The position numbers and the translations under genes were made by a program. Below are positions 34,801-49,471 of a stretch of DNA of 64,000 nt, piece after piece. Within the stretch, counting starts at the first letter, position 1, and the number at the start of each line of letters is the position of its first letter. The stretch is from Paramoeba atlantica (lineage: Eukaryota > Protista > Discosea), in the NCBI GenBank assembly GCA_977017575.1, contig CDRNVI010000008.1, positions 232,140-296,139 of the forward strand, in the 5' to 3' direction. The notes under the pieces are model-generated. The model worked only from the letters and a program-made list of their open reading frames with translations. It searched no databases and was not told where the DNA came from.

Positions 34801-37800
34801 GATCTTAATACAAAAAGTGATCTTAATACAAAAAGTGATCTTAATACAAAAAGTGATCTTAATACAAAAAGTGATCTTAATACAAAAAGTGATCTTAATA
34901 CAAAAAGTGATCTTAATACAAAAAGTGATCTTAATACAAAAAGTGATCTTAATACAAAAAGTGATCTTAATACAAAAAGTGATCTTAATACAAAAAGTGA
35001 TCTTAATACCAAAAGTGATCTTAATACAAAAAGTGATCTTAATACAAAAAGTGATCTTAATACAAAAAGTGATCTTAATACAAAAAGTGATCTTAATACA
35101 AAAAGTGATCTTAATACAAAAAGTGGTCTTAATACAAAAAGTGATCTTAATACAAAAAGTGATCTTAATACAAAAAGTGATCTTAATACAAAAAGTGGTC
35201 TTAATACAAAAAGTGATCTTAATACAAAAAGTGATCTTAATACAAAAAGTGATCTCAATACAAAAAGTGATCTTAATACAAAAAGTGATCTTAATACAAA
35301 AAGTGTTCTTAATACAAAAAGTGATCTTAATACAAAAAGTGATCTTAATACAAAAAGTGATCTTAATACAAAAAGTGATCTTAATACAAAAAGTGATCTT
35401 AATACAAAAAGTGATCTTAATACAAAAAGTGTTCTTAATACAAAAAGTGATCTTAATACAAAAAGTGATCTTAATACAAAAAGTGATCTTAATACAAAAA
35501 GTGATCTTAATACAAAAAGTGATCTTAATACAAAAAGTGATCTTAATACAAAAAGTGATCTTAATACCAAAAGTGATCTTAATACAAAAAGTGATCTTAA
35601 TACAAAAAGTGATCTTAATACAAAAAGTGATCTTAATACAAAAAGTGATCTTAATACAAAATGTGATCTTAATACAAAAAGTGATCTTAATACAAAAAGT
35701 GATCTTAATACAAAAAGTGATCTTAATACAAAAAGTGATCTTAATACAAAAAGTGATCTTAATACAAAAAGTGATCTTAATACAAAAAGTGATCTTAATA
35801 CAAAAAGTGATCTTAATACAAAAAGTGATCTTAATACAAAAAGTGATCTTAATACAAAAAGTGATCTTATTCCAAAAGGTGATCTTAATACAAAAAGTGA
35901 TCTTAATACAAAAAGTGATCTTAATACAAAAAGTGATCTTAATACAAAAAGTGATCTTAATACAAAAAGTGATCTTAATACAAAAAGTGATCTTAATACA
36001 AAAAGTGATCTTAATACCAAAAGTGATCTTAATGCAAAAAGTGATCTTAATACAAAAAGTGATCTTAATACAAAAAGTGATCTTAATACAAAAAGTGATC
36101 TTAATACAAAAAGTGATCTTAATACAAAAAGTGATCTTAATACAAAAAGTCATCTTAATACAAAAAGTGATCTTAATACCAAAAGTGATCTTAATGCAAA
36201 AAGTGATCTTAATACAAAAAGTGATCTTAATACAAAAAGTGATCTTAATACAAAAAGTGATCTTAATACAAAAAGTGATCTTAATACAAAAGGTGATCTT
36301 AATACAAAAAGTGATCTTAGTACAAAAAGTGATCTTAATACAATAAGTGATCTTAATACAAAAAGTGATCTTAATACAAAAAGTGATCTTAATACAAAAA
36401 GTGATCTTAATACAAAATGTGATCTTAATACAAAAAGTGATCTTAATACAAAAAGTGATCTTAATACAAAAAGTGATCTTAATACAAAAAGTGATCTTAA
36501 TACAAAAAGTGATCTTAATACAAAAAGTGATCTTAATACAAAAAGTGATCTTAATACAAAAAGTGATCTTAATACAAAAAGTGATCTTAATACAAAAAGT
36601 GATCTTAATACAAAAAGTGATCTTATTCCAAAAGGTGATCTTAATACAAAAAGTGATCTTAATACAAAAAGTGATCTTAATACAAAAAGTGATCTTAATA
36701 CAAAAAGTGATCTTAATACAAAAAGTGATCTTAATACAAAAAGTGATCTTAATACAAAAAGTGATCTTAATACCAAAAGTGATCTTAATGCAAAAAGTGA
36801 TCTTAATACAAAAAGTGATCTTAATACAAAAAGTGATCTTAATACAAAAAGTGATCTTAATACAAAAAGTGATCTTAATACAAAAAGTGATCTTAATACA
36901 AAAAGTGATCTTAATACAAAAAGTCATCTTAATACAAAAAGTGATCTTAATACAAAAAGTGATCTTAATACCAAAAGTGATCTTAATACAAAAAGTGATC
37001 TTAATACAAAAAGTGATCTTAATACAAAAAGTGATCTTAATACAAAAAGTGATCTTAATACAAAATGTGATCTTAATACAAAAAGTGATCTTAATACAAA
37101 AAGTGATCTTAATACAAAAAGTGATCTTAATACAAAAAGTGATCTTAATACAAAAAGTGATCTTAATACAAAAAGTGATCTTAATACAAAAAGTGATCTT
37201 AATACAAAAAGTGATCTTAATACAAAAAGTGATCTTAATACAAAAAGTGATCTTAATACAAAAAGTGATCTTATTCCAAAAGGTGATCTTAATACAAAAA
37301 GTGATCTTAATACAAAAAGTGATCTTAATACAAAAAGTGATCTTAATACAAAAAGTGATCTTAATACAAAAAGTGATCTTAATACAAAAAGTGATCTTAA
37401 TACAAAAAGTGATCTTAATACAAAAAGTGATCTTAATACAAAAAGTGATCTGAATACAAAAAGTGATCTTAATACAAAAAGGTGATCTTAATACAAGAAG
37501 TGATCTTAATACAAAAAGTGATCTTAATACAAAAACTGGTCTTAATACAAAAAGTGATCTTAATACAAAAAGTGATCTTAATACAAAAAGTGATCTTAAT
37601 ACCAAAGGTGATCTTAATACAAAAAGTGATCTTAATACAAAAAGTGAGCTTAATACAAAAGGTGATCTTAATACAAAAAGTGATCTTAATACAAAAAGTG
37701 ATCCTAATACAAAAAGTGATCTTAATACAAAAGTGATCTTAATACAAAAAGTGATCTTAATACAAAAAGTGATCCTAATACAAAAAGTGATCTGAACACA

Positions 37801-40800
37801 AAAAGTGATCTTAATACAAAAAGTGATCTTAATACAAAAAGTGATCTTAATACAAAAAGTGATCTTATTCCAAAAGGTGATCTTAATACAAAAAGTGATC
37901 TTAATACAAAAAGTGATCTTAATACAAAAAGTGATCTTAATACAAAAAGTGATCTTAATACAAAAAGTGATCGTAATACAAAAAGTGATCTTAATACAAA
38001 AAGTGATCTTAATACAAAAAGTGATCTTAATACAAAAAGTGATCTTAATACAAAAAGTGATCTTAATACAAAAAGTGATCTTAATACAAAAAGTGATCTT
38101 AATACAAAAAGTGATCTTAATACAAAACGTGATCTTAATACAAAAAGTGATCTTAATACAAAAAGTGATCTTAATACAAAAAGTGATCTTAATACAAAAG
38201 GTGATCTTAATACAAAAAGTGATCTTAATACAAAAAGTGATCTTAATACAAAACGTGATCTTAATACAAAAGGTGATCTTAATACAAAAAGTGATCTTAA
38301 TACAAAAAGTGATCTTAATACAAAAAGTGATCTTAATACAAAAAGTGATCTTAATACAAAAAGTGATCTTAATACAAAAAGTGATCTTAATACAAAAAGT
38401 GATCTTAATACAAAAAGTGATCTTAATACCAAAAGTGATCTTAATGCAAAAAGTGATCTTAATACAAAAAGTGATCTTAATACAAAAAGTGATCTTAATA
38501 CAAAAAGTGATCTTAATACAAAAAGTGATCTTAATACAAAACGTGATCTTAATACAAAAAGTGATCTTAATACAAAAAGTGATCTTAATACAAAAAGTGA
38601 TCTTAATACAAAAAGTGATCTTAATACAAAAAGTGATCTTAATACAAAAAGTGATCTTAATACAAAACGTGATCTTATTACAAAAGGTGATCTTAATGCA
38701 AAAAGTGATCTTAATACAAAAAGTGATCTTAATACAAAAAGTGATCTTAATACAAAAAGTGATCTTAATACAAAAAGTGATCTTAATACAAAAAGTGATC
38801 TTAATACAAAAAGTCATCTTAATACAAAAAGTGATCTTAATACAAAAAGTGATCTTAATACAAAAAGTGATCTTAATAGAAAAAGTGATCTTAATACAAA
38901 AAGTAATCTTAATACAAAAAGTGATCTTAATACAAAACGTGATCTTAATACAAAAAGTGATCTTAATACAAAAAGTGATCTTAATACAAAAAGTGATCTT
39001 AATACAAAAGGTGATCTTAATACAAAAGGTGATCTTAATACAAAAAGTGATCTTAATACAAAAAGTGATCTTAATACAAAAAGTGATCTTAATAGAAAAG
39101 TGATCTTAATACAAAAAGTGATCTTAATACAAAAGTGATCTTAATACAAAAGTGATCTTAATACAAAAAGTGATCTGAATACAAAAAGTGATCTTAATAC
39201 AAAACGTGATCTTAATACAAAAAGTGATCTTAATACAAAAAGTGATCTTAATACAAAAAGTGATCTTAATACAAAAAGTGATCTTAATACAAAAAGTGAT
39301 CTTAATACAAAAAGTGATCTTAATACAAAACGTGATCTTAATACAAAAAGTGATCTTAATACAAAAGGTGATCTTAATACAAAAAGTGATCTTAATACAA
39401 AAGGTGATCTTAATACAAAAGGTGATCTTAATACAAAAAGTGATCTTAATACAAAAAGTGATCTTAATACAAAAAGTGATCTTAATACAAAAAGTGATCT
39501 TAATACAAAAAGTGTTCTTAATACAAAAAGTGATCTTAATACAAAAAGTGATCTTAATACAAAATGTGATCTTAATACAAAAAGTGATCTTAATACAAAA
39601 AGTGATCTTAATACAAAAAGTGATCTTAATACAAAAAGTGATCTTAATACAAAAAGTGATCTTAATACAAAAAGTGATCTTAATACAAAAAGTGATCTTA
39701 ATACAAAAAGTGATCTTAATACAAAAAGTGATCTTAATACAAAAAGTGATCTTAATACAAAAAGTGATCTTAATACAAAAAGTGACCTTAATACAAAAAG
39801 TGATCTTAATACAAAAAGTGATCTTAATACAAAAAGTGATCTTAATACCAAAAGTGATCTTAATACAAAAAGTGATCTTAATACAAAAAGTGATCTTAAT
39901 ACAAAAAGTGATCTTAATACAAAAAGTGATCTTAATACAAAAAGTGATCTTAATACAAAAAGTGGTCTTAATACAAAAAGTGATCTTAATACAAAAAGTG
40001 ATCTTAATACAAAAAGTGATCTTAATACAAAAAGTGGTCTTAATACAAAACGTGATCTTAATACAAAAAGTGATCTTAATACAAAAAGTGATCTCAATAC
40101 AAAAAGTGATCTTAATACAAAAAGTGATCTTAATACAAAAAGTGTTCTTAATACAAAAAGTGATCTTAATACAAAAAGTGATCTTAATACAAAAAGTGAT
40201 CTTAATACAAAAAGTGATCTTAATACAAAAAGTGATCTTAATACAAAAAGTGATCTTAATACAAAAAGTGTTCTTAATACAAAAAGTGATCTTAATACAA
40301 AAAGTGATCTTAATACAAAAAGTGATCTTAATACAAAAAGTGATCTTAATACAAAAAGTGATCTTAATACAAAAAGTGATCTTAATACAAAAAGTGATCT
40401 TAATACCAAAAGTGATCTTAATACAAAAAGTGATCTTAATACAAAAAGTGATCTTAATACAAAAAGTGTTCTTAATGCAAAAAGTGATCTTAATACAAAA
40501 AGTGATCTTAATACAAAAAGTGTTCTTAATACAAAAAGTGATCTTAATACAAAAAGTGATCTTAATACAAAAAGTGATCTTAATACAAAAAGTGATCTTA
40601 ATACAAAAAGTGATCTTAATACCAAAAGTGATCTTAATACAAAAAGTGATCTTAATACCAAAAGTGATCTTAATACCAAAAGTGATCTTAATACAAAAAG
40701 TGATCTTAATACAAAAAGTGATCTTAATACAAAAAGTGATCTTAATACAAAAAGTGATCTTAATACAAAAAGTGATCTTAATACAAAAAGTGATCTTATT

Positions 40801-43800
40801 CCAAAAGGTGATCTTAATACAAAAAGTGATCTTAATACAAAAAGTGATCTTAATACAAAAAGTGATCTTAATACAAAAAGTGATCTTAATACAAAAAGTG
40901 ATCTTAATACAAAAAGTGATCTTAATACAAAAAGTGATCTTAATACCAAAAGTGATCTTAATGCAAAAAGTGATCTTAATACAAAAAGTGATCTTAATAC
41001 AAAAAGTGATCTTAATACAAAAAGTGATCTTAATACAAAAAGTGATCTTAATACAAAAAGTGATCTTAATACAAAAAGTGATCTTAATACAAAAAGTCAT
41101 CTTAATACAAAAAGTGATCTTAATACCAAAAGTGATCTTAATGCAAAAAGTGATCTTAATACAAAAAGTGATCTTAATACAAAAAGTGATCTTAATACAA
41201 AAAGTGATCTTAATACAAAAAGTGATCTTAATACAAAAGGTGATCTTAATACAAAAAGTGATCTTAGTACAAAAAGTGATCTTAATACAATAAGTGATCT
41301 TAATACAAAAAGTGATCTTAATACAAAAAGTGATCTTAATACAAAAAGTGATCTTAGTACCAAAAGTGATCTTAATCGAAAAAGTGATCTGAATACAAAA
41401 AGTGATCTTAATACAAAAAGGTGATCTTAATACAAGAAGTGATCTTAATACAAAAAGTGATCTTAATACAAAAACTGGTCTTAATACAAAAAGTGATCTT
41501 AATACAAAAAGTGATCTTAATACAAAAAGTGATCTTAATACCAAAGGTGATCTTAATACAAAAAGTGATCTTAATACAAACAGTGAGCTTAATACAAAAG
41601 GTGATCTTAATACAAAAAGTGATCTTAATACAAAAAGTGATCCTAATACAAAAAGTGATCTTAATACAAAAGTGATCTTAATACAAAAAGTGATCTTAAT
41701 ACAAAAAGTGATCCTAATACAAAAAGTGATCTGAACACAAAAAGTGATCTTAATACAAAAAGTGATCTTAATACAAAAAGTGATCTTAATACAAAAAGTG
41801 ATCTTAATACAAAAAGTGATCGTAATACAAAAAGTGATCTTAATACAAAAAGTGATCTTAATACAAAAAGTGATCTTAATACAAAAAGTGATCTTCAATA
41901 CAAAAAGTGATCTTAATACAAAAAGTGATCTTAATACAAAAAGTGATCTTAATACAAAAAGTGATCTTAATACAAAACGTGATCTTAATACAAAAAGTGA
42001 TCTTAATACAAAAAGTGATCTTAATACAAAAAGTGATCTTAATACAAAAGGTGATCTTAATACAAAAAGTGATCTTAATACAAAAAGTGATCTTAATACA
42101 AAACGTGATCTTAATACAAAAGGTGATCTTAATACAAAAAGTGATCTTAATACAAAAAGTGATCTTAATACAAAAAGTGATCTTAATACAAAAAGTGATC
42201 TTAATACAAAAAGTGATCTTAATACAAAAAGTGATCTTAATACAAAAAGTGATCTTAATACAAAAAGTGATCTTAATACCAAAAGTGATCTTAAAGCAAA
42301 AAGTGATCTTAATACAAAAAGTGATCTTAATACAAAAAGTGATCTTAATACAAAAAGTGATCTTAATACAAAAAGTGATCTTAATACAAAACGTGATCTT
42401 AATACAAAAAGTGATCTTAATACAAAAAGTGATCTTAATACAAAAAGTGATCTTAATACAAAAAGTGATCTTAATACAAAAGGTGATCTTAATACAAAAA
42501 GTGATCTTAATACAAAAAGTGATCTTAATACAAAAAGTGATCTTAATACAAAAAGTGATCTTAATACAAAAAGTGATCTTAATACAAAAAGTGATCTTAA
42601 TACAAAACGTGATCTTATTACAAAAGGTGATCTTAATACAAAAAGTGATCTTAATACAAAAAGTGATCTTAATACAAAAAGTGATCTTAATACAAAAAGT
42701 GATCTTAATACAAAAAGTGATCTTAATACAAAAAGTCATCTTAATACAAAAAGTGATCTTAATACCAAAAGTGATCTTAATGCAAAAAGTGATCTTAATA
42801 CAAAAAGTGATCTTAATACAAAAAGTGATCTTAATACAAAAAGTGATCTTAATACCAAAAGTGATCTTAATACAAAAAGTGATCTTAATACAAAAAGTGA
42901 TCTTAATACAAAAAGTGATCTTAATACAAAAAGTGATCTTAATACAAAAAGTGATCTTAATACAAAAAGTGGTCTTAATACAAAAAGTGATCTTAATACA
43001 AAAAGTGATCTTAATACAAAAAGTGATCTTAATACAAAAAGTGGTCTTAATACAAAACGTGATCTTAATACAAAAAGTGATCTTAATACAAAAAGTGATC
43101 TCAATACAAAAAGTGATCTTAATACAAAAAGTGATCTTAATACAAAAAGTGTTCTTAATACAAAAAGTGATCTTAATACAAAAAGTGATCTTAATACAAA
43201 AAGTGATCTTAATACAAAAAGTGATCTTAATACAAAAAGTGATCTTAATACAAAAAGTGATCTTAATACAAAAAGTGTTCTTAATACAAAAAGTGATCTT
43301 AATACAAAAAGTGATCTTAATACAAAAAGTGATCTTAATACAAAAAGTGATCTTAATACAAAAAGTGATCTTAATACAAAAAGTGATCTTAATACAAAAA
43401 GTGATCTTAATACCAAAAGTGATCTTAATACAAAAAGTGATCTTAATACAAAAAGTGATCTTAATACAAAAAGTGTTCTTAATGCAAAAAGTGATCTTAA
43501 TACAAAAAGTGATCTTAATACAAAAAGTGTTCTTAATACAAAAAGTGATCTTAATACAAAAAGTGATCTTAATACAAAAAGTGATCTTAATACAAAAAGT
43601 GATCTTAATACAAAAAGTGATCTTAATACCAAAAGTGATCTTAATACAAAAAGTGATCTTAATACAAAAAGTGATCTTAATACCAAAAGTGATCTTAATA
43701 CAAAAAGTGATCTTAATACAAAAAGTGATCTTAATACAAAAAGTGATCTTAATACAAAAAGTGATCTTAATACAAAAAGTGATCTTATTCCAAAAGGTGA

Positions 43801-46800
43801 TCTTAATACAAAAAGTGATCTTAATACAAAAAGTGATCTTAATACAAAAAGTGATCTTAATACAAAAAGTGTTCTTAATACAAAAAGTGATCTTAATACA
43901 AAAAGTGATCTTAATACAAAAAGTGATCTTAATACAAAATGTGATCTTAATACAAAAAGTGATCTTAATACAAAAAGTGATCTTAATACAAAAAGTGATC
44001 TTAATACAAAAAGTGATCTTAATACAAAAAGTGATCTTAATACAAAAAGTGATCTTAATACAAAAAGTGATCTTAATACAAAAAGTGATCTTAATACAAA
44101 AAGTGATCTTAATACAAAAAGTGATCTTAATACAAAAAGTGATCTTAATACAAAAAGTGACCTTAATACAAAAAGTGATCTTAATACAAAAAGTGATCTT
44201 AATACAAAAAGTGATCTTAATACCAAAAGTGATCTTAATACAAAAAGTGATCTTAATACAAAAAGTGATCTTAATACAAAAAGTGATCTTAATACAAAAA
44301 GTGATCTTAATACAAAAAGTGATCTTAATACAAAAAGTGGTCTTAAGACAAAAAGTGATCTTAATACAAAAAGTGATCTTAATACAAAAAGTGATCTTAA
44401 TACAAAAAGTGGTCTTAATACAAAACGTGATCTTAATACAAAAAGTGATCTTAATACAAAAAGTGATCTCAATACAAAAAGTGATCTTAATACAAAAAGT
44501 GATCTTAATACAAAAAGTGTTCTTAATACAAAAAGTGATCTTAATACAAAAAGTGATCTTAATACAAAAAGTGATCTTAATACAAAAAGTGATCTTAATA
44601 CAAAAAGTGATCTTAATACAAAAAGTGATCTTAATACAAAAAGTGATCTTAATACAAAAAGTGTTCTTAATACAAAAAGTGATCTTAATACAAAAAGTGA
44701 TCTTAATACAAAAAGTGATCTTAATACAAAAAGTGATCTTAATACAAAAAGTGATCTTAATACAAAAAGTGATCTTAATACCAAAAGTGATCTTAATACA
44801 AAAAGTGATCTTAATACAAAAAGTGATCTTAATACAAAAAGTGTTCTTAATGCAAAAAGTGATCTTAATACAAAAAGTGTTCTTAATACAAAAAGTGATC
44901 TTAATACAAAAAGTGATCTTAATACAAAAAGTGATCTTAATACAAAAAGTGATCTTAATACAAAAAGTGATCTTAATACCAAAAGTGATCTTAATACAAA
45001 AAGTGATCTTAATACAAAAAGTGATCTTAATACCAAAAGTGATCTTAATACAAAAAGTGATCTTAATACAAAAAGTGATCTTAATACAAAAAGTGATCTT
45101 AATACAAAAAGTGATCTTAATACAAAAAGTGATCTTATTCCAAAAGGTGATCTTAATACAAAAAGTGATCTTAATACAAAAAGTGATCTTAATACAAAAA
45201 GTGATCTTAATACGAAAAGTGATCTTAATACAAAAAGTGATCTTAATACAAAAAGTGATCTTAATACAAAAAGTGATCTTAATACCAAAAGTGATCTTAA
45301 TGCAAAAAGTGATCTTAATACAAAAAGTGATCTTAATACAAAAAGTGATCTTAATACAAAAAGTGATCTTAATACAAAAAGTGATCTTAATACAAAAAGT
45401 GATCTTAATACAAAAAGTGATCTTAATACAAAAAGTCATCTTAATACAAAAAGTGATCTTAATACCAAAAGTGATCTTAATGCAAAAAGTGATCTTAATA
45501 CAAAAAGTGATCTTAATACAAAAAGTGATCTTAATACAAAAAGTGATCTTAATACAAAAAGTGATCTTAATACAAAAGGTGATCTTAATACAAAAAGTGA
45601 TCTTAGTACAAAAAGTGATCTTAATACAATAAGTGATCTTAATACAAAAAGTGATCTTAATACAAAAAGTGATCTTAATACAAAAAGTGATCTTAATACA
45701 AAAAGTGATCTTAATACAAAAAGTGATCTTAATACAAAAAGTGATCTTAATACCAAAAGTGATCTTAATACAAAAAGTGATCTTAATACAAAAAGTGATC
45801 TTAATACAAAAAGTGTTCTTAATGCAAAAAGTGATCTTAATACAAAAAGTGATCTTAATACAAAAAGTGTTCTTAATACAAAAAGTGATCTTAATACAAA
45901 AAGTGATCTTAATACAAAAAGTGATCTTAATACAAAAAGTGATCTTAATACAAAAAGTGATCTTAATACCAAAAGTGATCTTAATACAAAAAGTGATCTT
46001 AATACAAAAAGTGATCTTAATACCAAAAGTGATCTTAATACAAAAAGTGATCTTAATACAAAAAGTGATCTTAATACAAAAAGTGATCTTAATACAAAAA
46101 GTGATCTTAATACAAAAAGTGATCCTAATACAAAAAGTGATCTTATTCCAAAAGGTGATCTTAATACAAAAAGTGATCTTAATACAAAAAGTGATCTTAA
46201 TACAAAAAGTGATCTTAATACAAAAAGTGATCTTAATACAAAAAGTGATCTTAATACAAAAAGTGATCTTAATACAAAAAGTGATCTTAATACAAAAAGT
46301 GATCTTAATACAAAAAGTGATCTTAATACAAAAAGTGATCTTAATACAAAAAGTGATCTTAATACAAAAAGTCATCTTAATACAAAAAGTGATCTTAATA
46401 CCAAAAGTGATCTTAATGCAAAAAGTGATCTTAATACAAAAAGTGATCTTAATACAAAAAGTGATCTTAATACAAAAAGTGATCTTAATACAAAAAGTGA
46501 TCTTAATACAAAAGGTGATCTTAATACAAAAAGTGATCTTAGTACAAAAAGTGATCTTAATACAATAAGTGATCTTAATACAAAAAGTGATCTTAATACA
46601 AAAAGTGATCTTAATACAAAAAGTGATCTTAATACAAAAAGTGATCTTAATACAAAAAGTGATCTTAATACAAAAAGTGATCTTAATACCAAAAGTGATC
46701 TTAATACAAAAAGTGATCTTAATACAAAAAGTGATCTTAATACAAAAAGTGTTCTTAATGCAAAAAGTGATCTTAATACAAAAAGTGATCTTAATACAAA

Positions 46801-49357
46801 AAGTGTTCTTAATACAAAACGTGATCTTAATACAAAAAGGTGATCTTAATACAAGAAGTGATCTTAATACAAAAAGTGATCTTAATACAAAAACTGGTCT
46901 TAATACAAAAAGTGATCTTAATACAAAAAGTGATCTTAATACAAAAAGTGATCTTAATACCAAAGGTGATCTTAATACAAAAAGTGATCTTAATACAAAA
47001 AGTGAGCTTAATACAAAAGGTGATCTTAATACAAAAAGTGATCTTAATACAAAAAGTGATCCTAATACAAAAAGTGATCTTAATACAAAAGTGATCTTAA
47101 TACAAAAAGTGATCTTAATACAAAAAGTGATCCTAATACAAAAAGTGATCTGAACACAAAAAGTGATCTTAATACAAAAAGTGATCTTAATACAAAAAGT
47201 GATCTTAATACAAAAAGTGATCTTAATACAAAAAGTGATCTTATTCCAAAAGGTGATCTTAATACAAAAAGTGATCTTAATACAAAAAGTGATCTTAATA
47301 CAAAAAGTGATCTTAATACAAAAAGTGATCTTAATACAAAAAGTGATCTTAATACAAAAAGTGATCTTAATACAAAAAGTCATCTTAATACAAAAAGTGA
47401 TCTTAATACCAAAAGTGATCTTAATGCAAAAAGTGATCTTAATACAAAAAGTGATCTTAATACAAAAAGTGATCTTAATACAAAAGGTGATCTTAATACA
47501 AAAAGTGATCTTAGTACAAAAAGTGATCTTAATACAATAAGTGATCTTAATACAAAAAGTGATCTTAATCGAAAAAGTGATCTGAATACAAAAAGTGATC
47601 TTAATACAAAAAGGTGATCTTAATACAAGAAGTGATCTTAATACAAAAAGTGATCTTAATACAAAAACTGGTCTTAATACAAAAAGTGATCTTAATACAA
47701 AAAGTGATCTTAATACAAAAAGTGATCTTAATACCAAAGGTGATCTTAATACAAAAAGTGATCTTAATACAAAAAGTGAGCTTAATACAAAAGGTGATCT
47801 TAATACAAAAAGTGATCTTAATACAAAAAGTGATCCTAATACAAAAAGTGATCTTAATACAAAAGTGATCTTAATACAAAAAGTGATCTTAATACAAAAA
47901 GTGATCCTAATACAAAAAGTGATCTGAACACAAAAAGTGATCTTAATACAAAAAGTGATCTTAATACAAAAAGTGATCTTAATACAAAAAGTGATCTTAA
48001 TACAAAAAGTGATCTTATTCCAAAAGGTGATCTTAATACAAAAAGTGATCTTAATACAAAAAGTGATCTTAATACAAAAAGTGATCTTAATACAAAAAGG
48101 GATCTTAATACAAAAAGTGATCGTAATACAAAAAGTGATCTTAATACAAAAAGTGATCTTAATACAAAAAGTGATCTTAATACAAAAAGTGATCTTAATA
48201 CAAAAAGTGATCTTAATACAAAAAGTCATCTTAATACAAAACGTGATCTTAATACAAAAAGTGATCTTAATACAAAAAGTGATCTTAATACAAAAAGTGA
48301 TCTTAATACAAAAGGTGATCTTAATACAAAAAGTGATCTTAATACAAAAAGTGATCTTAATACAAAAAGTGATCTTAATACAAAAAGTGATCTTAATACA
48401 AAACGTGATCTTAATACAAAAAGTGATCTTAATACAAAAAGTGATCTTAATACAAAAAGTGATCTTAATACAAAAAGTGATCTTAATACAAAAGGTGATC
48501 TTAATACAAAAAGTGATCTTAATACAAAAAGTGATCTTAATACAAAAAGTGATCTTAATACAAAAAGTGATCTTAATACAAAAAGTGATCTTAATACAAA
48601 ACGTGATCTTAATACAAAAGGTGATCTTAATACAAAAAGTGATCTTAATACAAAAAGTGATCTTAATACAAAAAGTGATCTTAATACAAAAAGTGATCTT
48701 AATACAAAAAGTGATCTTAATACAAAAAGTGATCTTAATACAAAAAGTGATCTTAATACAAAAAGTGATCTTAATACCAAAAGTGATCTTAATGCAAAAA
48801 GTGATCTTAATACAAAAAGTGATCTTAATACAAAAAGTGATCTTAATACAAAAAGTGATCTTAATACAAAAAGTGATCTTAATACAAAACGTGATCTTAA
48901 TACAAAAAGTGATCTTAATACAAAAAGTGATCTTAATACAAAAAGTGATCTTAATACAAAAAGTGATCTTAATACAAAAGGTGATCTTAATACAAAAAGT
49001 GATCTTAATACAAAAAGTGATCTTAATACAAAAAGTGATCTTAATACAAAAAGTGATCTTAATACAAAAAGTGATCTTAATACAAAACGTGATCTTATTA
49101 CAAAAGGTGATCTTAATACAAAAAGTGATCTTAATACAAAAAGTGATCTTAATACAAAAAGTGATCTTAATACAAAAAGTGATCTTAATACAAAAAGTGA
49201 TCTTAATACAAAAAGTCATCTTAATACAAAAAGTGATCTTAATACCAAAAGTGATCTTAATGCAAAAAGTGATCTTAATACAAAAAGTGATCTTAATACA
49301 AAAAGTGATCTTAATACAAAAAGTGATCTTAATACAAAAAGTGATCTTAATACAAAA
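19812..49357 (+). repeat. 18-bp satellite array, about 1,640 units of TTAATACAAAAAGTGATC
   Basis: Continuous head-to-tail array of 29,546 bp with no spacers or inversions seen, scattered single-base variants and rare 17/19-bp units. Confidence 0.99.
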
Positions 49358-49361
49358 TTCC

Positions 49362-49440
49362 GCCTTCTGTCTTTTTGCCGCGGCGACGACGACTCCCTCG
49401 CGTGGGAAACAGTAAAGCGCCATAGGGAGCATGTTCGGAT
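49362..49440 (+). repeat. Family B module fragment starting at its hairpin apex
   Basis: GCCTTCTGTCTTTTTGCCGCGGCGACGACGAC...TAGGGAGCATGTT matches about 14788-14865. Confidence 0.85.
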
Positions 49441-49471
49441 CCAAAAATCCAAAATCCGAATCATTCCGGAT
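49439..49471 (-). mobile_element. SINE tail-only fragment
   Basis: ATCCAAAAATCCAAAATCCGAATCATTCCGGAT is the reverse complement of the SINE 3' end. Confidence 0.7.

Noticed and set aside
19812-49357. CRISPR array
   Set aside because: Units are contiguous with no unique spacers and there are no cas genes.
19812-49357. Telomeric repeat tract
   Set aside because: The array is interstitial with complex sequence on both sides and has no G-rich strand. Not fully excluded without checking contig ends.
19604-49444. Giant ORFs (LNTKSD)n, (IQKVIL)n, (ITFCIK)n, (RSLFVL)n as real repeat proteins or a never-ending ORF
   Set aside because: A short stop-poor unit is open in several frames by chance (four of six here). 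Shared 17/19-bp units and CTGAA variants break every frame. Several variants are synonymous in the LNTKSD frame, but by eye not clearly in excess. The minus-strand array frames are not continuous with the LINE ATG, which has an in-frame TGA three codons upstream.
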